Positions 16,491 through 26,366 of a stretch of DNA of 64,000 bases are shown here, piece by piece. The notes beneath the pieces were generated by a model. That model was not told where the DNA came from, did no database searches, and was given only the letters and a program-made list of their open reading frames with translations. The translations under genes and the position numbers were made by a program. Numbering within the stretch: the stretch's first letter is position 1; the number at the start of each line of letters is the position of its first letter. Origin of the DNA: Candidatus Latescibacterota bacterium (GTDB lineage Bacteria; Latescibacterota; UBA2968; GCA-2709665); assembly GCA_965205485.1 (NCBI GenBank), contig OZ242180.1, forward strand, positions 4,640,001 through 4,704,000, given 5' to 3'.

Positions 16491-18857
16491 TCAACCGCCT
16501 CCGTCGTCAGGCTCCGGTTCTGCCATCTCCTCCGACGCCGACTTCATTCTCCAGCGAATGCGAAACTGCTCCCGGTCGATGTCCCCCTGCTCGAGCGGCA
16601 CGGTTACCACTGACCGAAGGTCCGCGCGGACCTCTTCATGACTCAGGCGGATGCGTTTCAGTTCTCCGGTCGCCTGCATCGCCGCCTGATCGTGATAGTT
16701 GTCCGATTCGGGATGCTCACTGTTGCCAAAGGACTGAAGGCTCCACGACCGGAGCGTATCCGCCAGCTCTACAACCATCGTATAGGCCGATCCGCCGTCG
16801 ACGCGGAACAGGCCGTCCTCACCCGGCGCCGACCACGTTGTATGCAACGCCTGCGTGCCGGGTCCCGAACCGCCCACCGGGAACCGTCGTTCGCCCCGCT
16901 GAATCACGTGCACTTCGCCCCAGGGTACGTCCAGCCGGCCGTAGGTCGCCATCATATGCTCAACCGTCATTCTCAATGCGTCAAGCGCCAGTTTCTCCAA
17001 TACGGGAAGACGATCCAGCTGCTCCGGCGACAGTCCTGAACCGAGCAGGGAAAATCTCCCTTTCCATTCCGTGAACAACAATGTTGCTCGGCTGTCGACC
17101 GTCGCCCGGTTGTCCCAGCCACGCAGAAGTTCCACGGCAAAGGCCAGTTGCCTTTCCGGGTCGTAGATTTCCCACCACGTTCGATTATACGCCCTGAGAA
17201 CAACGCCCTTCAGTTCCTCCGCCGCGATCAGGTACGGATCTCTGGCCAATGCCTTCAACTGGCGCAACGTTGCTTTCCCGTTGGCCGACACCCAGGTCAG
17301 GAGTCGCTGGCCGCGGTCGTCCAGCCCGCCCCAGCCCATAAATGGTGGAAAGTCCGTCGGCCTGAGCTCGCTGTCATAGGTGACAAAGTGGGGCGCGACA
17401 TTGCAGTTCTGCAGGAAGTCCGCCCGCGGATTCATGATTCGCGGGAGCCGTTCGTACCCCAGATTGCCGCGCCACTCCGTATCCGGTACCCAACCCGGGA
17501 CCGGACTCCGCCAGTCGAACTCCTCGGCCCGGACCGGGCTGCGCGCGCTGTACACATACAACATCCGTCCGTCCACGTCCCCATAGAGGACGTGGAACAT
17601 GGGTAGCTGAAGCTTCCGTAGCGCGCCCTCGAATGCATCCGGGTCGCGGGCCCGATTGATCGCATAGAACTGCCCGATGGCATTGACGACCTCTTCAGCG
17701 CTGCACCGGCCCGCGTACGCCCGATCGTCACCGGCCTTGTAGATCGGGCCGTGATGGGAATACAGCAACTCGCGCTCAACCTCACGGATGCCCTGAGGGT
17801 CCCTGACCCGGATCTGCACCCGCCGGGACGACATGCGCCTCTTTTCCTTCTCGAACACATACCGCCTCCGGTTCGCCCGATCCAGTTTCAGTTCGTACAG
17901 ATCGAAGACATCCGCCTCATTCGCCGCCAGCGACCACGCCATCCGCCGGTTGTGGCCGGCCAGAATGACCGGAATGCCGAACAGGGTCACCCCGGCCACG
18001 TTCAATCCCTCGCGGCTGACAAGGTGCGCCTCGTACGGTTGAAAGGGCGCCCGCCACGGCAGGTGCAGATCCATCCCGAAAACAGGATTTCGGGCGGCGG
18101 TCCGCGACCCTCCCAGCACCCACACATTCGACGTGGGGCGGGCACGCAGCAACGGAGTCAGCCCTTTCTCCTGCAGTTCGGGCAACCCGGCGCGTTCCGC
18201 AAACAACATGACCAGCCACCGGGACAGCGCCACGACGTCCGTACCGCCGATAGGGACGACCCAGTCCGGCAACGCCTCCCGGTAGACATCGATATAGTGG
18301 TTGACGCCGTCGGCAAATGCGCCGATCAGATCCCGGGTTTCGGGCGGAAGCGCGCCGAATCGCGCGACGGCGACGGTCCGGATTCGCCAGAGCAGTGCCC
18401 GTTCGTCGCTCTCCACGTGGCCGGCGCCGAGCACTTCCGATGCTGTTCCCGCCGCCGCCCGGTAGTTCAGCAACATGGGTATCAGGTGGTCCTGGGCCTG
18501 CGCGTAGCCGAATCCGAACGCGACGTCGACGTCCCGCTCGCCGTATATGTGAGGCACGCCGAAGCGGTCCCTCAGAATCCGGACGCTGCCTTCCGGCGGG
18601 GCGAACAGCAGTTCGCCATACCGCTCCAGCAGCGATTCCAGCGGGACCTCAGCGAGGAGAATTCTCGCGCTGTCCTGGAAAGTGGACGGCGCCGCCGCAT
18701 CCGCGCCGCCGACCCGCACGGCGCAGACGAGCATGACGCCTGCGACAACCCGAATCCACGACGTTAAGAGGCTGCTTACGATAAACCCGCAAGCGCCCTT
18801 CTCGCCCGGGCACGGGAGCCGTTCACGTTCGGGTGAGGACATGTTTCCTGATCGCAT
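16491..18857 (-). CDS. Penicillin/cephalosporin/AHL acylase family Ntn-hydrolase, probably exported; start uncertain
   Basis: RDRFGVPHIYG, GYAQAQD, beta-subunit SNVW, QNCN; hydrophobic N-terminal segment. Confidence 0.9.
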   Translation of the reverse strand: MRSGNMSSPERERLPCPGEKGACGFIVSSLLTSWIRVVAGVMLVCAVRVGGADAAAPSTFQDSARILLAEVPLESLLERYGELLFAPPEGSVRILRDRFGVPHIYGERDVDVAFGFGYAQAQDHLIPMLLNYRAAAGTASEVLGAGHVESDERALLWRIRTVAVARFGALPPETRDLIGAFADGVNHYIDVYREALPDWVVPIGGTDVVALSRWLVMLFAERAGLPELQEKGLTPLLRARPTSNVWVLGGSRTAARNPVFGMDLHLPWRAPFQPYEAHLVSREGLNVAGVTLFGIPVILAGHNRRMAWSLAANEADVFDLYELKLDRANRRRYVFEKEKRRMSSRRVQIRVRDPQGIREVERELLYSHHGPIYKAGDDRAYAGRCSAEEVVNAIGQFYAINRARDPDAFEGALRKLQLPMFHVLYGDVDGRMLYVYSARSPVRAEEFDWRSPVPGWVPDTEWRGNLGYERLPRIMNPRADFLQNCNVAPHFVTYDSELRPTDFPPFMGWGGLDDRGQRLLTWVSANGKATLRQLKALARDPYLIAAEELKGVVLRAYNRTWWEIYDPERQLAFAVELLRGWDNRATVDSRATLLFTEWKGRFSLLGSGLSPEQLDRLPVLEKLALDALRMTVEHMMATYGRLDVPWGEVHVIQRGERRFPVGGSGPGTQALHTTWSAPGEDGLFRVDGGSAYTMVVELADTLRSWSLQSFGNSEHPESDNYHDQAAMQATGELKRIRLSHEEVRADLRSVVTVPLEQGDIDREQFRIRWRMKSASEEMAEPEPDDGGG

Positions 18858-18871
18858 ACCTGGACTGTCGG

Positions 18872-20488
18872 CTAATTGAAAAGCCCTCGCCGCAACACCC
18901 TGCCGCCTCTCGCTCCCGTTGTCCTGCCGTCGTCAATCGCGGCGACGCCGTTGACGAAAAGCCAGCGGACCCCATCCGAATAGAGGCAGGGATTCTGAAT
19001 TGTCGCCCGGTCCAGCATCCCGTCGGGATCGAACAGGACCAGGTCCGCCTTTTTTCCTTCCTGAACCAGACCCCGGTCCGTAAACCCCATCCGTTCGGCC
19101 GGGAATCGCGTCAGCTTCTGCACAAGGGACTCAAGGGTCAGCGCCCCCCGTTCACGTACCAGCGTCCGGATCAGATACGCCATGCCTCCGTAACATCGGG
19201 GATGTTCCCTTTCGTCCGCCAGCGGACCGGTATTGGCCATCGCCAGTCCATCCGAACCCACACCGCAATATTTCCCCTGCGCGAGACAGTCGATGTCCCC
19301 GTCGGTCTTGTCCTCGCCGTAAAAACTGGCGGCGCCGTCCTCCTCGATCAGAACGTCGCAGATTGCCTCAAACGGGTGCGTGTTCCGCATGCGACCGATT
19401 TCAGCAAAGGTCCGTCCCGTGAGCGATGCGTTCACCGCGCAGTTTCCCAGCCAGAGTTTGTTCCAGAGTCCGCGCTGCATGAGGACCGTCTTCGTGCTCC
19501 CACCGAGTTCCGATCCGCTTTCCTGTATCTGCCGCCACATCCGACGCCGCTCTCGGGCTTCCTTCAATCGTTGCACCATCATCCGGTTTCCGCCCTCCAG
19601 CGCCCACGGCGGCAGGAGAGACTTGAGCGACGTGGACCCGGTCGCATAGAACTCCGTCTCCGCCGTGACGTCCTGCCCTTCCGCCTGTGCGCGTTCGATC
19701 CGTTCCAGCAGACGGGCCGCCGAGCCCGTAGCCGGCGGACAGGGCGTGATGTGAGAGGCGTGAACCGGAACGCCCGCTTCCTTTCCAATCAGGATCGCCT
19801 CCTCCAATGCATCCATTATGGACGCCGTATAGTTGCGCATGTGCGTCGCGTATATTCCACCGTACGGGGCGGTAACAGCCGTCAGCTCGATGATTTCGTC
19901 TGTCTTCGCGCTGCTGCCCGGCATGTAGGTCAGTCCGGTGGACAGACCCAGCGCGCCCTCGGCCATCTGGGCATCCACCAGGGCCTTCATTCCCTCCATC
20001 TCATGCCGTGCGGGCGACTGGGTGGATTGCCCCATCACCGTGTGCCTGACCGCGCCATGGCCCACAAAAAACGCGGCATTGATGGCCACGCCCTGCCGCT
20101 CCAGCACGTTGAAATACCCTGCTGCGGAAGCCCAATCCACTGCGACTTCAGACCGCAATCGAGCCGAGTCGAACGGGCCGAAATAGAACCCGTTTCCCGC
20201 CACCGGAAATGCCGATATGCCGCAGTTCCCGCACACGTGGGTCGCCACGCCCTGAAAGAGTGCGCTCTCGCCGCGCCCGTCGATTAACAGGCTGTAGTCT
20301 GAGTGGGTATGGATGTCGATGAATCCCGGCGCCGCCGTCAACCCTGCGGCGTCGATCTCGACCCTGGACGGGCCCGGGACATCCCCTACGGCTGCGATGC
20401 TGTTCCCTTCAATGCCCACGTCGCCGGTAAAAGCGTCCGCGCCGGTTCCATCGACGACACTGGCATTTCGGATCAGTACGTCAAGCAT
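18872..20488 (-). CDS. N-acyl-D-amino-acid deacylase family amidohydrolase
   Basis: PGFIDIHTHSD, GNCG, STGLTYMPG, THMR, GSDG, HPRCYG. Confidence 0.92.
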   Translation of the reverse strand: MLDVLIRNASVVDGTGADAFTGDVGIEGNSIAAVGDVPGPSRVEIDAAGLTAAPGFIDIHTHSDYSLLIDGRGESALFQGVATHVCGNCGISAFPVAGNGFYFGPFDSARLRSEVAVDWASAAGYFNVLERQGVAINAAFFVGHGAVRHTVMGQSTQSPARHEMEGMKALVDAQMAEGALGLSTGLTYMPGSSAKTDEIIELTAVTAPYGGIYATHMRNYTASIMDALEEAILIGKEAGVPVHASHITPCPPATGSAARLLERIERAQAEGQDVTAETEFYATGSTSLKSLLPPWALEGGNRMMVQRLKEARERRRMWRQIQESGSELGGSTKTVLMQRGLWNKLWLGNCAVNASLTGRTFAEIGRMRNTHPFEAICDVLIEEDGAASFYGEDKTDGDIDCLAQGKYCGVGSDGLAMANTGPLADEREHPRCYGGMAYLIRTLVRERGALTLESLVQKLTRFPAERMGFTDRGLVQEGKKADLVLFDPDGMLDRATIQNPCLYSDGVRWLFVNGVAAIDDGRTTGARGGRVLRRGLFN

Positions 20489-20581
20489 TGTCGGGACGTT
20501 TCCGGACTACGTTTGAACGGCGGTTCCGGCAGCCGGCAGCCGCCGGGCCGGATGCGTGGTCGGTGGATCCCCGGCCCTCGT

Positions 20582-21703
20582 TCAAAAGGGGTCTCCCACG
20601 CGCCACCGATGTTTCTCAACCCCCTCCATGTTCAGTTCCACCCCCAGGCCCGGTCCCTGGGGCAGCACCAGACTGCCCTCTTCGATCTTCAGCGGTTCGA
20701 CCAGAATCTCGTCCCGCCATTCGATCCCGGTGACAAACTCCATCGGCGCCTCGTTGGGGATGGAAGCCAGCAGATGGGCTGCCGCCAGGATACCCACCGG
20801 CCCCTTGGTATTGTGAAAGGAAATCGGTACGTGATAGGTATCCGCAATCGCCGCGATCTTCTTCACCTCCGTGATCCCGCCCGCGTAGATGAGGTCCGGT
20901 TGCGCGATATCGATGCCGTCCAGTTCCAGCAGCTGCCGGTACTGTGTCTTGGTGTTCAGCCGTTCGCTGCCCATGATCGGAATGGAAGTCTGGCTTCTCA
21001 CTTTCGGATATGCGGAGAGGTCTTCGGGAGGAACCGGGTCCTCGAAGCAGAACAGATCATAGGGCTCCAGCGCGCGCGCCAGCCGTACGGCCCCGCCAAC
21101 CGTAAACCGCCCGTGGCAGTCGACCAAAAGGTCGACGTCCGGCCCTACCGCTTCCCTGGCGGCAGCGAAACATTCCGCTGTTTCGTCCGGTGCGCCGTCG
21201 TCCAGGTAGAACTCGAACGGGCGCCCGGTATTCGATCGCGCGCCGGTCTTCAGCGCCCGGTATCCCCGGTCCGCCCAGAACCTGGCGCTCTTTGACGACG
21301 CTTCGGGCGTTGCGCCGCTGAAATGGGTATAAACACGCACCCTGTCACGGAATTTTCCGCCCAGCAACTCCACCAGCGGGAGGTTGGCCGCCTTCCCCTT
21401 CAGGTCCCACAGCGCCTGGTCGATTCCGCTCAGGGCGCTCATCCAGACCGGACCCACCATCCGCCAGATACCGCTGATCGACGAAATCCGGTAGATCTTG
21501 TGCCAAAGGTACTCGATCCTCGACGCATCTTCCCCCACGAGTTCCCGCTTCATATGTTCGAGGGCGGAAACCACCACCGGCTCTTTCTGAGAGTAGGTTG
21601 CCTCTCCCAGTCCAACCGGCCCTTCGTCCGTATGCACCCGTACGATCGTCCACTTCCGGCCGGGCGAGTTGATCAGGATCGAGTCGATGTCCCGGATTTT
21701 CAT
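20582..21703 (-). CDS. Mandelate racemase/MLE family acid-sugar dehydratase (DgoD-like)
   Basis: SGIDQALWDLKGK, VDCHGR, FEDP, QPD, GGITE, PGLG. Confidence 0.9.
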   Translation of the reverse strand: MKIRDIDSILINSPGRKWTIVRVHTDEGPVGLGEATYSQKEPVVVSALEHMKRELVGEDASRIEYLWHKIYRISSISGIWRMVGPVWMSALSGIDQALWDLKGKAANLPLVELLGGKFRDRVRVYTHFSGATPEASSKSARFWADRGYRALKTGARSNTGRPFEFYLDDGAPDETAECFAAAREAVGPDVDLLVDCHGRFTVGGAVRLARALEPYDLFCFEDPVPPEDLSAYPKVRSQTSIPIMGSERLNTKTQYRQLLELDGIDIAQPDLIYAGGITEVKKIAAIADTYHVPISFHNTKGPVGILAAAHLLASIPNEAPMEFVTGIEWRDEILVEPLKIEEGSLVLPQGPGLGVELNMEGVEKHRWRVGDPF

Positions 21704-22428
21704 GCCGGCTTCTCCAGTTGTTTGCAGGAAGCCACGAACTCGGCGGAGGTGGTTGTGAAGCCGATCAGGTGCTCGAACTGGCGGAGCATCATCCGGTTCA
21801 CCCATCCCCCCTCGGGCAGGCTGTCGTCCAGGGTATCCGGAAACTCGATTTCGCCCGGCGGATTGGAACAGTCACGCAGGAGGATCACACGATAATTGTG
21901 ACCCATCGCCTCCGCGCACGTGTAGTGCAGGCACGCCCGGCGGCTGTAACCCACCACGAACAGATTCTCGATGCCCCAGGAACGCAGCCTCTGATCGAGA
22001 AACGTATCGCGAAATCCGCTCCACATCCACTTGGGAAAATTCGGCTCGCCCGGGCGAGGCGCGACGCAATCCACGTAGACCGGCTCATAGTCCGGCCTTT
22101 TCGTCCAACTCTCCATCAAGTCGCCGTTGGGCACTTTGGTTCTGCTCCAGAACTGGCCCGCAATACACCCCGGGTCCGCCACCAGCCTCAGGTCGTTGTG
22201 GACGTACGCCACTTTCATTTTCACGGCCCTGGCCGCTTCCAGAGCCGGCCCGATATAGTGCTGCGTTGTCGGATGGGGCATTTTTTCGCCTTTGTACGAA
22301 TAGCTTCCATCCACGTCCACAAGCAGGAAACAACTGCGTTCAAGCGGCAACGTGAGGTCCTCGTACCCGTAATCGTAGCCGCCGGGATAGTCCTTGTAAA
22401 AACGTACCGGCACCTCGATGTTCGCCAT
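21700..22428 (-). CDS. Isochorismatase-family cysteine hydrolase
   Basis: LLVD, FPKWMWSGF, GYSRRACL (D-K-C triad). Confidence 0.85.
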   Translation of the reverse strand: MANIEVPVRFYKDYPGGYDYGYEDLTLPLERSCFLLVDVDGSYSYKGEKMPHPTTQHYIGPALEAARAVKMKVAYVHNDLRLVADPGCIAGQFWSRTKVPNGDLMESWTKRPDYEPVYVDCVAPRPGEPNFPKWMWSGFRDTFLDQRLRSWGIENLFVVGYSRRACLHYTCAEAMGHNYRVILLRDCSNPPGEIEFPDTLDDSLPEGGWVNRMMLRQFEHLIGFTTTSAEFVASCKQLEKPA

Positions 22429-22555
22429 GGGAGACACCTCCTCCGTGTTATCGTACGTTCCGCAGGGATCTGAAAGAAAGCATGCCTGCTGGTTATGCGC
22501 CTTGCCCTGCCGGTCCGGCGGGGAACGAAGGCCCGGCCGCCGTGTTCGGCTGACG

Positions 22556-25078
22556 TCAGTTTAAAACAACCCGAAGGGTCTTGATTTCGAAGGGGGCGAA
22601 CCCGATGGCGTCGCCTCCCAGATCCCGAACGCGTCGTTCCATCAGGTCCGTTTCCTGCACCGCGACGATGCTGCGGCAGGCGACCAGCCGGGCTTCAATG
22701 GCGTTACCGGCGGTTTCGAATGCGCGCAAAATCAGTCCTTCGCCGTTCTCTGCCCGTTTGATCGCCGTACATACAATCCCGGGGCCGTCGAGGCTGATGA
22801 ACTGCATTCGATCCGGCAATGACTTCTCCGAAACCAGGTCGTATACAACCCGGCCGTGGAGCCCCAGGCGCAGGTTCCAGCCGTCCCGGAAGGCGTTTCC
22901 CCGTGCGAAATCGCCCTGATATCCTCGGATGGTGTACCGGGACGTTACCACGTCCTCAAACGAACGCCATATGACGTTGTAGGAATACGACGCCGGATCG
23001 AGTCCGGAATGCAGGACCTCTCCGCGCACTTCTCCGGCGCCGAACTGAAATGCCTTCCGGTCCGACGCGAGTACGAATCCGCTGTCGGGGCCGTCCACTG
23101 CCACCCAACCCTGGCAGATCCGCCGGGAATCACCCTCGTCCGGGCCGCGCTCCAGCTTCTGATGTCCGTACGGCGTTCCATACCTGATCGAGCCGCCGGC
23201 AACCGGAAAGACCATCTGCACCCGTACCGGTTTCGGATCGCGCCACTCGAGCCGGAGGTCCACGTCCACCCAGTCCAACGCACCGTACAGGCGGTACCTG
23301 ATCTCACACGGAGACGATAACAGTCTCCCGGCCACAAGCAACGTCGCCCGCACTTCGCCACTTTCCTCGAGATCCACCCGGTCCACTGCCATCTCGAACC
23401 GGCGGCCGGTGGTGGCGGAACCGTCGGTCAGCGCTTGTTCCGTTCCAATGAGATGAATGCCGTCAACCAGCGGGACCCCCGCGTTTGCACCTGACACGCG
23501 TACCCGTCCGGTGATTTCGTCAACCTCCAGGTCGACAGAGGCCGTCCGGAAACGGCGGCCGATCCGTACGCCGCCGTGTGCTTCGGATACACGGTCTTCG
23601 ACGTCCTCCAGAACAAAAGAGGGCTCGGGGAACTCAGGCGCCATAAGACCGGGCGCCATCGTCTCCGGCGCGTGGATGCCCACCAGCGGCTGGGCTTCCG
23701 TAACGCCCGGAACGAGATACCAGGTAGCGTATCCGTTGGCCGGAACCTGCCGCGCCACGAAGACCAGACGTACCTCGGCGGTCTCAGTCTGCCTGCCCGC
23801 GAGTTCCTGGAACGGCACTGTCCGACCGGAAGCATCGACCAGCCTGTATGTTTCATACCGGGAGAAATCGGTCCCCTCGACCGCCCCGTAAAACGTAACA
23901 TGCACTTCCACCAGGTCGGTGCGCGTCCACGAAAGCGCATTGAATACCACGATGGGCATCCTGCCTTCCGGGCCGTCGCGGGGCGTTACCCGTGCCGCTA
24001 TCACGCGTTCAGCTTCGCACGCAATACCTGCGGCTGTCGCAATGACGGCCTGCTGGTCGTTCCGCCTTTGCTCCAATCCCTCCTCCGACGCGGCGCCGTC
24101 GTAACGGTACGAGGTCGACTCCAATTGCCGCAACCACGCGGCTTCGAGGACGGCGCCAGGATAGGTGAACGCAGCCAGCGTCGCCGCCATCGCCGACATC
24201 TGCTCCGCACGTGACAGCCCGTAAACGGCCGGGTCGTTCAGGGGCGCGGTTCCCGGGAACACCGGCTCCAGATGGGAACCACCGGGCGGATTCGCTTCGC
24301 CGACCTCCCGGAGTTCGTCTTCGGGCCGTGACCGCGGGATCACGTCCGAAGGCGTCCCAAGTTCAACATGGACGTTTTCGTCCTCCGCCCATTCGAGCAA
24401 TTCCTTCAGGGTCGTTTCAGAGGGCTGAACCATCGGCCCTCCCCAATGCAGCGGCAACCGCCCCCCGTGCGCCTCGCATTGACGTTCTATCTCCGCTCTG
24501 GGGGCCCGCCTGGACTGCGGCGTTCCGCGAACGGCTTCCCAGAGCAACCGGCTGCCCCCGGTTCCGTTCCAACAGACCACCCGCGAGCCGTCCGGTCCCC
24601 GCCAGCGGAACAGAACGGGCTGCTTCCATTCGGTCCCGGTGAGTACGACGTGTCTGATCCCGCACTTGAAGGCAACCTGCACGTATTGGGAGGTCGTACC
24701 ACTCCCGTCGCCCAGATACGCAGTCGTCGGGTCCACGCCAAGCGCCTCGAGGGCGAAGGCCTTTCCGTAAAGCAGATTTCTGACCAGGTCTTCGCCGGCG
24801 GACAGCCGGTGGTCCATCTGGGTCCAGGCGGCCCCCAACTCCAGGCGTCCCTCGGAAACCACGTCGCCGACCTGCTCCGATGCCTCGGGATGGGACCTGA
24901 GAAAGGCGCTCAGATGGACCGGGTTCTCAATTGTGAAACTGAAGTCTTCCGTGGCGCCCAACACGCGCAGCGCACCGGAGATGACCTGCGCGCCGCGAGA
25001 CAGGCACGCCTCTTTGTCGCCCAATCCGAAGAGTGTGAGCCGGGAAAAAGGGACAACGTGTAATGCGTCTTTCGACAT
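22556..25078 (-). CDS. GH38 alpha-mannosidase-like protein with degenerate active site
   Basis: GEDLVRNLLYG, FRWRGPDGS, VVFNALSWTR, AIKRAENG, PFEIKTL architecture; metal ligands missing. Confidence 0.8.
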   Translation of the reverse strand: MSKDALHVVPFSRLTLFGLGDKEACLSRGAQVISGALRVLGATEDFSFTIENPVHLSAFLRSHPEASEQVGDVVSEGRLELGAAWTQMDHRLSAGEDLVRNLLYGKAFALEALGVDPTTAYLGDGSGTTSQYVQVAFKCGIRHVVLTGTEWKQPVLFRWRGPDGSRVVCWNGTGGSRLLWEAVRGTPQSRRAPRAEIERQCEAHGGRLPLHWGGPMVQPSETTLKELLEWAEDENVHVELGTPSDVIPRSRPEDELREVGEANPPGGSHLEPVFPGTAPLNDPAVYGLSRAEQMSAMAATLAAFTYPGAVLEAAWLRQLESTSYRYDGAASEEGLEQRRNDQQAVIATAAGIACEAERVIAARVTPRDGPEGRMPIVVFNALSWTRTDLVEVHVTFYGAVEGTDFSRYETYRLVDASGRTVPFQELAGRQTETAEVRLVFVARQVPANGYATWYLVPGVTEAQPLVGIHAPETMAPGLMAPEFPEPSFVLEDVEDRVSEAHGGVRIGRRFRTASVDLEVDEITGRVRVSGANAGVPLVDGIHLIGTEQALTDGSATTGRRFEMAVDRVDLEESGEVRATLLVAGRLLSSPCEIRYRLYGALDWVDVDLRLEWRDPKPVRVQMVFPVAGGSIRYGTPYGHQKLERGPDEGDSRRICQGWVAVDGPDSGFVLASDRKAFQFGAGEVRGEVLHSGLDPASYSYNVIWRSFEDVVTSRYTIRGYQGDFARGNAFRDGWNLRLGLHGRVVYDLVSEKSLPDRMQFISLDGPGIVCTAIKRAENGEGLILRAFETAGNAIEARLVACRSIVAVQETDLMERRVRDLGGDAIGFAPFEIKTLRVVLN

Positions 25079-25143
25079 GGAGGTTTCGACCACCGGTCAG
25101 GTCGGCCGTCGTGCGTTGTCGGATCGTGACAATCAGGCGCCGT

Positions 25144-25172
25144 ATAATACGGAACGGCCGATAGCCTGTAAA
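25144..25172 (-). promoter_or_regulatory. Sigma70 promoter for the GH38-like gene
   Basis: TTTACA-17-TATTAT. Confidence 0.55.
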
Positions 25173-25379
25173 GCGAAATCTCCCGTTCCAAGGGCATCCG
25201 CGCACCGGATATATGCGCTTGACGCCGCCCGCCGGCCCGGCTATCTTGAACGCCGGAATGTCCCGACTCGCTGCGCCGGTTACGGCGCTGCCCCTTCACG
25301 GCGTTGACTTTGTGCGACTGGATTTCCGATTCAAGCTGACGGCTGAGAGCTGATCGCTGTCTTTGCTTCTTCTTGCTAC

Positions 25380-26228
25380 CTAGCCGCCCAGCTTGACCAG
25401 CGTCAGGCCCAGCACAATCGCCGCGATCCCAACGCCCTTGTGCCATCCGAATCGCTCGCCAAGAAAGAGAACACCCAGGGCGGCGCCGATGACCACCGAG
25501 AACTCTCTGACGGCGAGAATATAGCTGACCTTGCCAAGGCGCATGGCAAACAGCACGAGCAGGTACGTCACCATGGAACCCGGCCCCACCCAGAGCGCGT
25601 ATCTCTTGAGCCCGCGCCACGTCCGGACGACCGCCTGACGGTGCCGCAGGAGCACGTACGGGGACAGGAGGACGCCGGGAATCAAAAAAAGCGCAAAGAC
25701 GTAGTGAACGGGGTGAATATGCGATACGCCCTGCTTGTCCACGACGGAATAGACGGCGATCGTCGCGCCAACAAGGAGTGCGTACGCGATGGAACGGCGG
25801 TTTCTCGGCGTTCGTAAATCGGCAACGCCAAGCAGAATAATGCCAAGAAGGACAGTCGCGATTCCCATCATCCCCGGTATCGTGAGCCGTTCATCGATCA
25901 GGATCCACGCCGCCAGGGCCGTCCCCCCCACACCGGTACCCCGCGCGAGCGGATACACGACCGAAATCTCGCCCTCTTCGTACGCTTTGGCCAGCATTAG
26001 AAAATAAACCGTATGGGCCAATCCTGTCGCCGCCATAAAGGGCCACGCCGCCGCAACCGCGTCCGACTCGAGAGGGAAATAGCAGAAGGCCGGAAGGCAG
26101 AGGGCGACAGCGAACCACTTGCCCACCCATAGAACCGCCAGGCTGCCCGATGCTTTCCGAACCGCGAAATTCCAGGCGGCATGCAGGACGGTCGAGATTA
26201 ACACCAGAATGAAGGCCTGCAACGGCAC
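25380..26228 (-). CDS. EamA/DMT family transporter
   Basis: LHAAWN, SVVYPLARG, VREFSVV; about 10 TM segments. Confidence 0.9.
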   Translation of the reverse strand: MPLQAFILVLISTVLHAAWNFAVRKASGSLAVLWVGKWFAVALCLPAFCYFPLESDAVAAAWPFMAATGLAHTVYFLMLAKAYEEGEISVVYPLARGTGVGGTALAAWILIDERLTIPGMMGIATVLLGIILLGVADLRTPRNRRSIAYALLVGATIAVYSVVDKQGVSHIHPVHYVFALFLIPGVLLSPYVLLRHRQAVVRTWRGLKRYALWVGPGSMVTYLLVLFAMRLGKVSYILAVREFSVVIGAALGVLFLGERFGWHKGVGIAAIVLGLTLVKLGG

Positions 26229-26366
26229 GCGGTCACCTCAATTCGTCAGGTAGAATCCGGCAGATTTCGAGACGACAATTCGCACCCCGGCTGCGGCAGC
26301 TCGGACGCTTCCCGCCTCAAGTCTCCTGCGGACTTACCTCAAAACCGGAAGTAAGGAATCTTCGTT

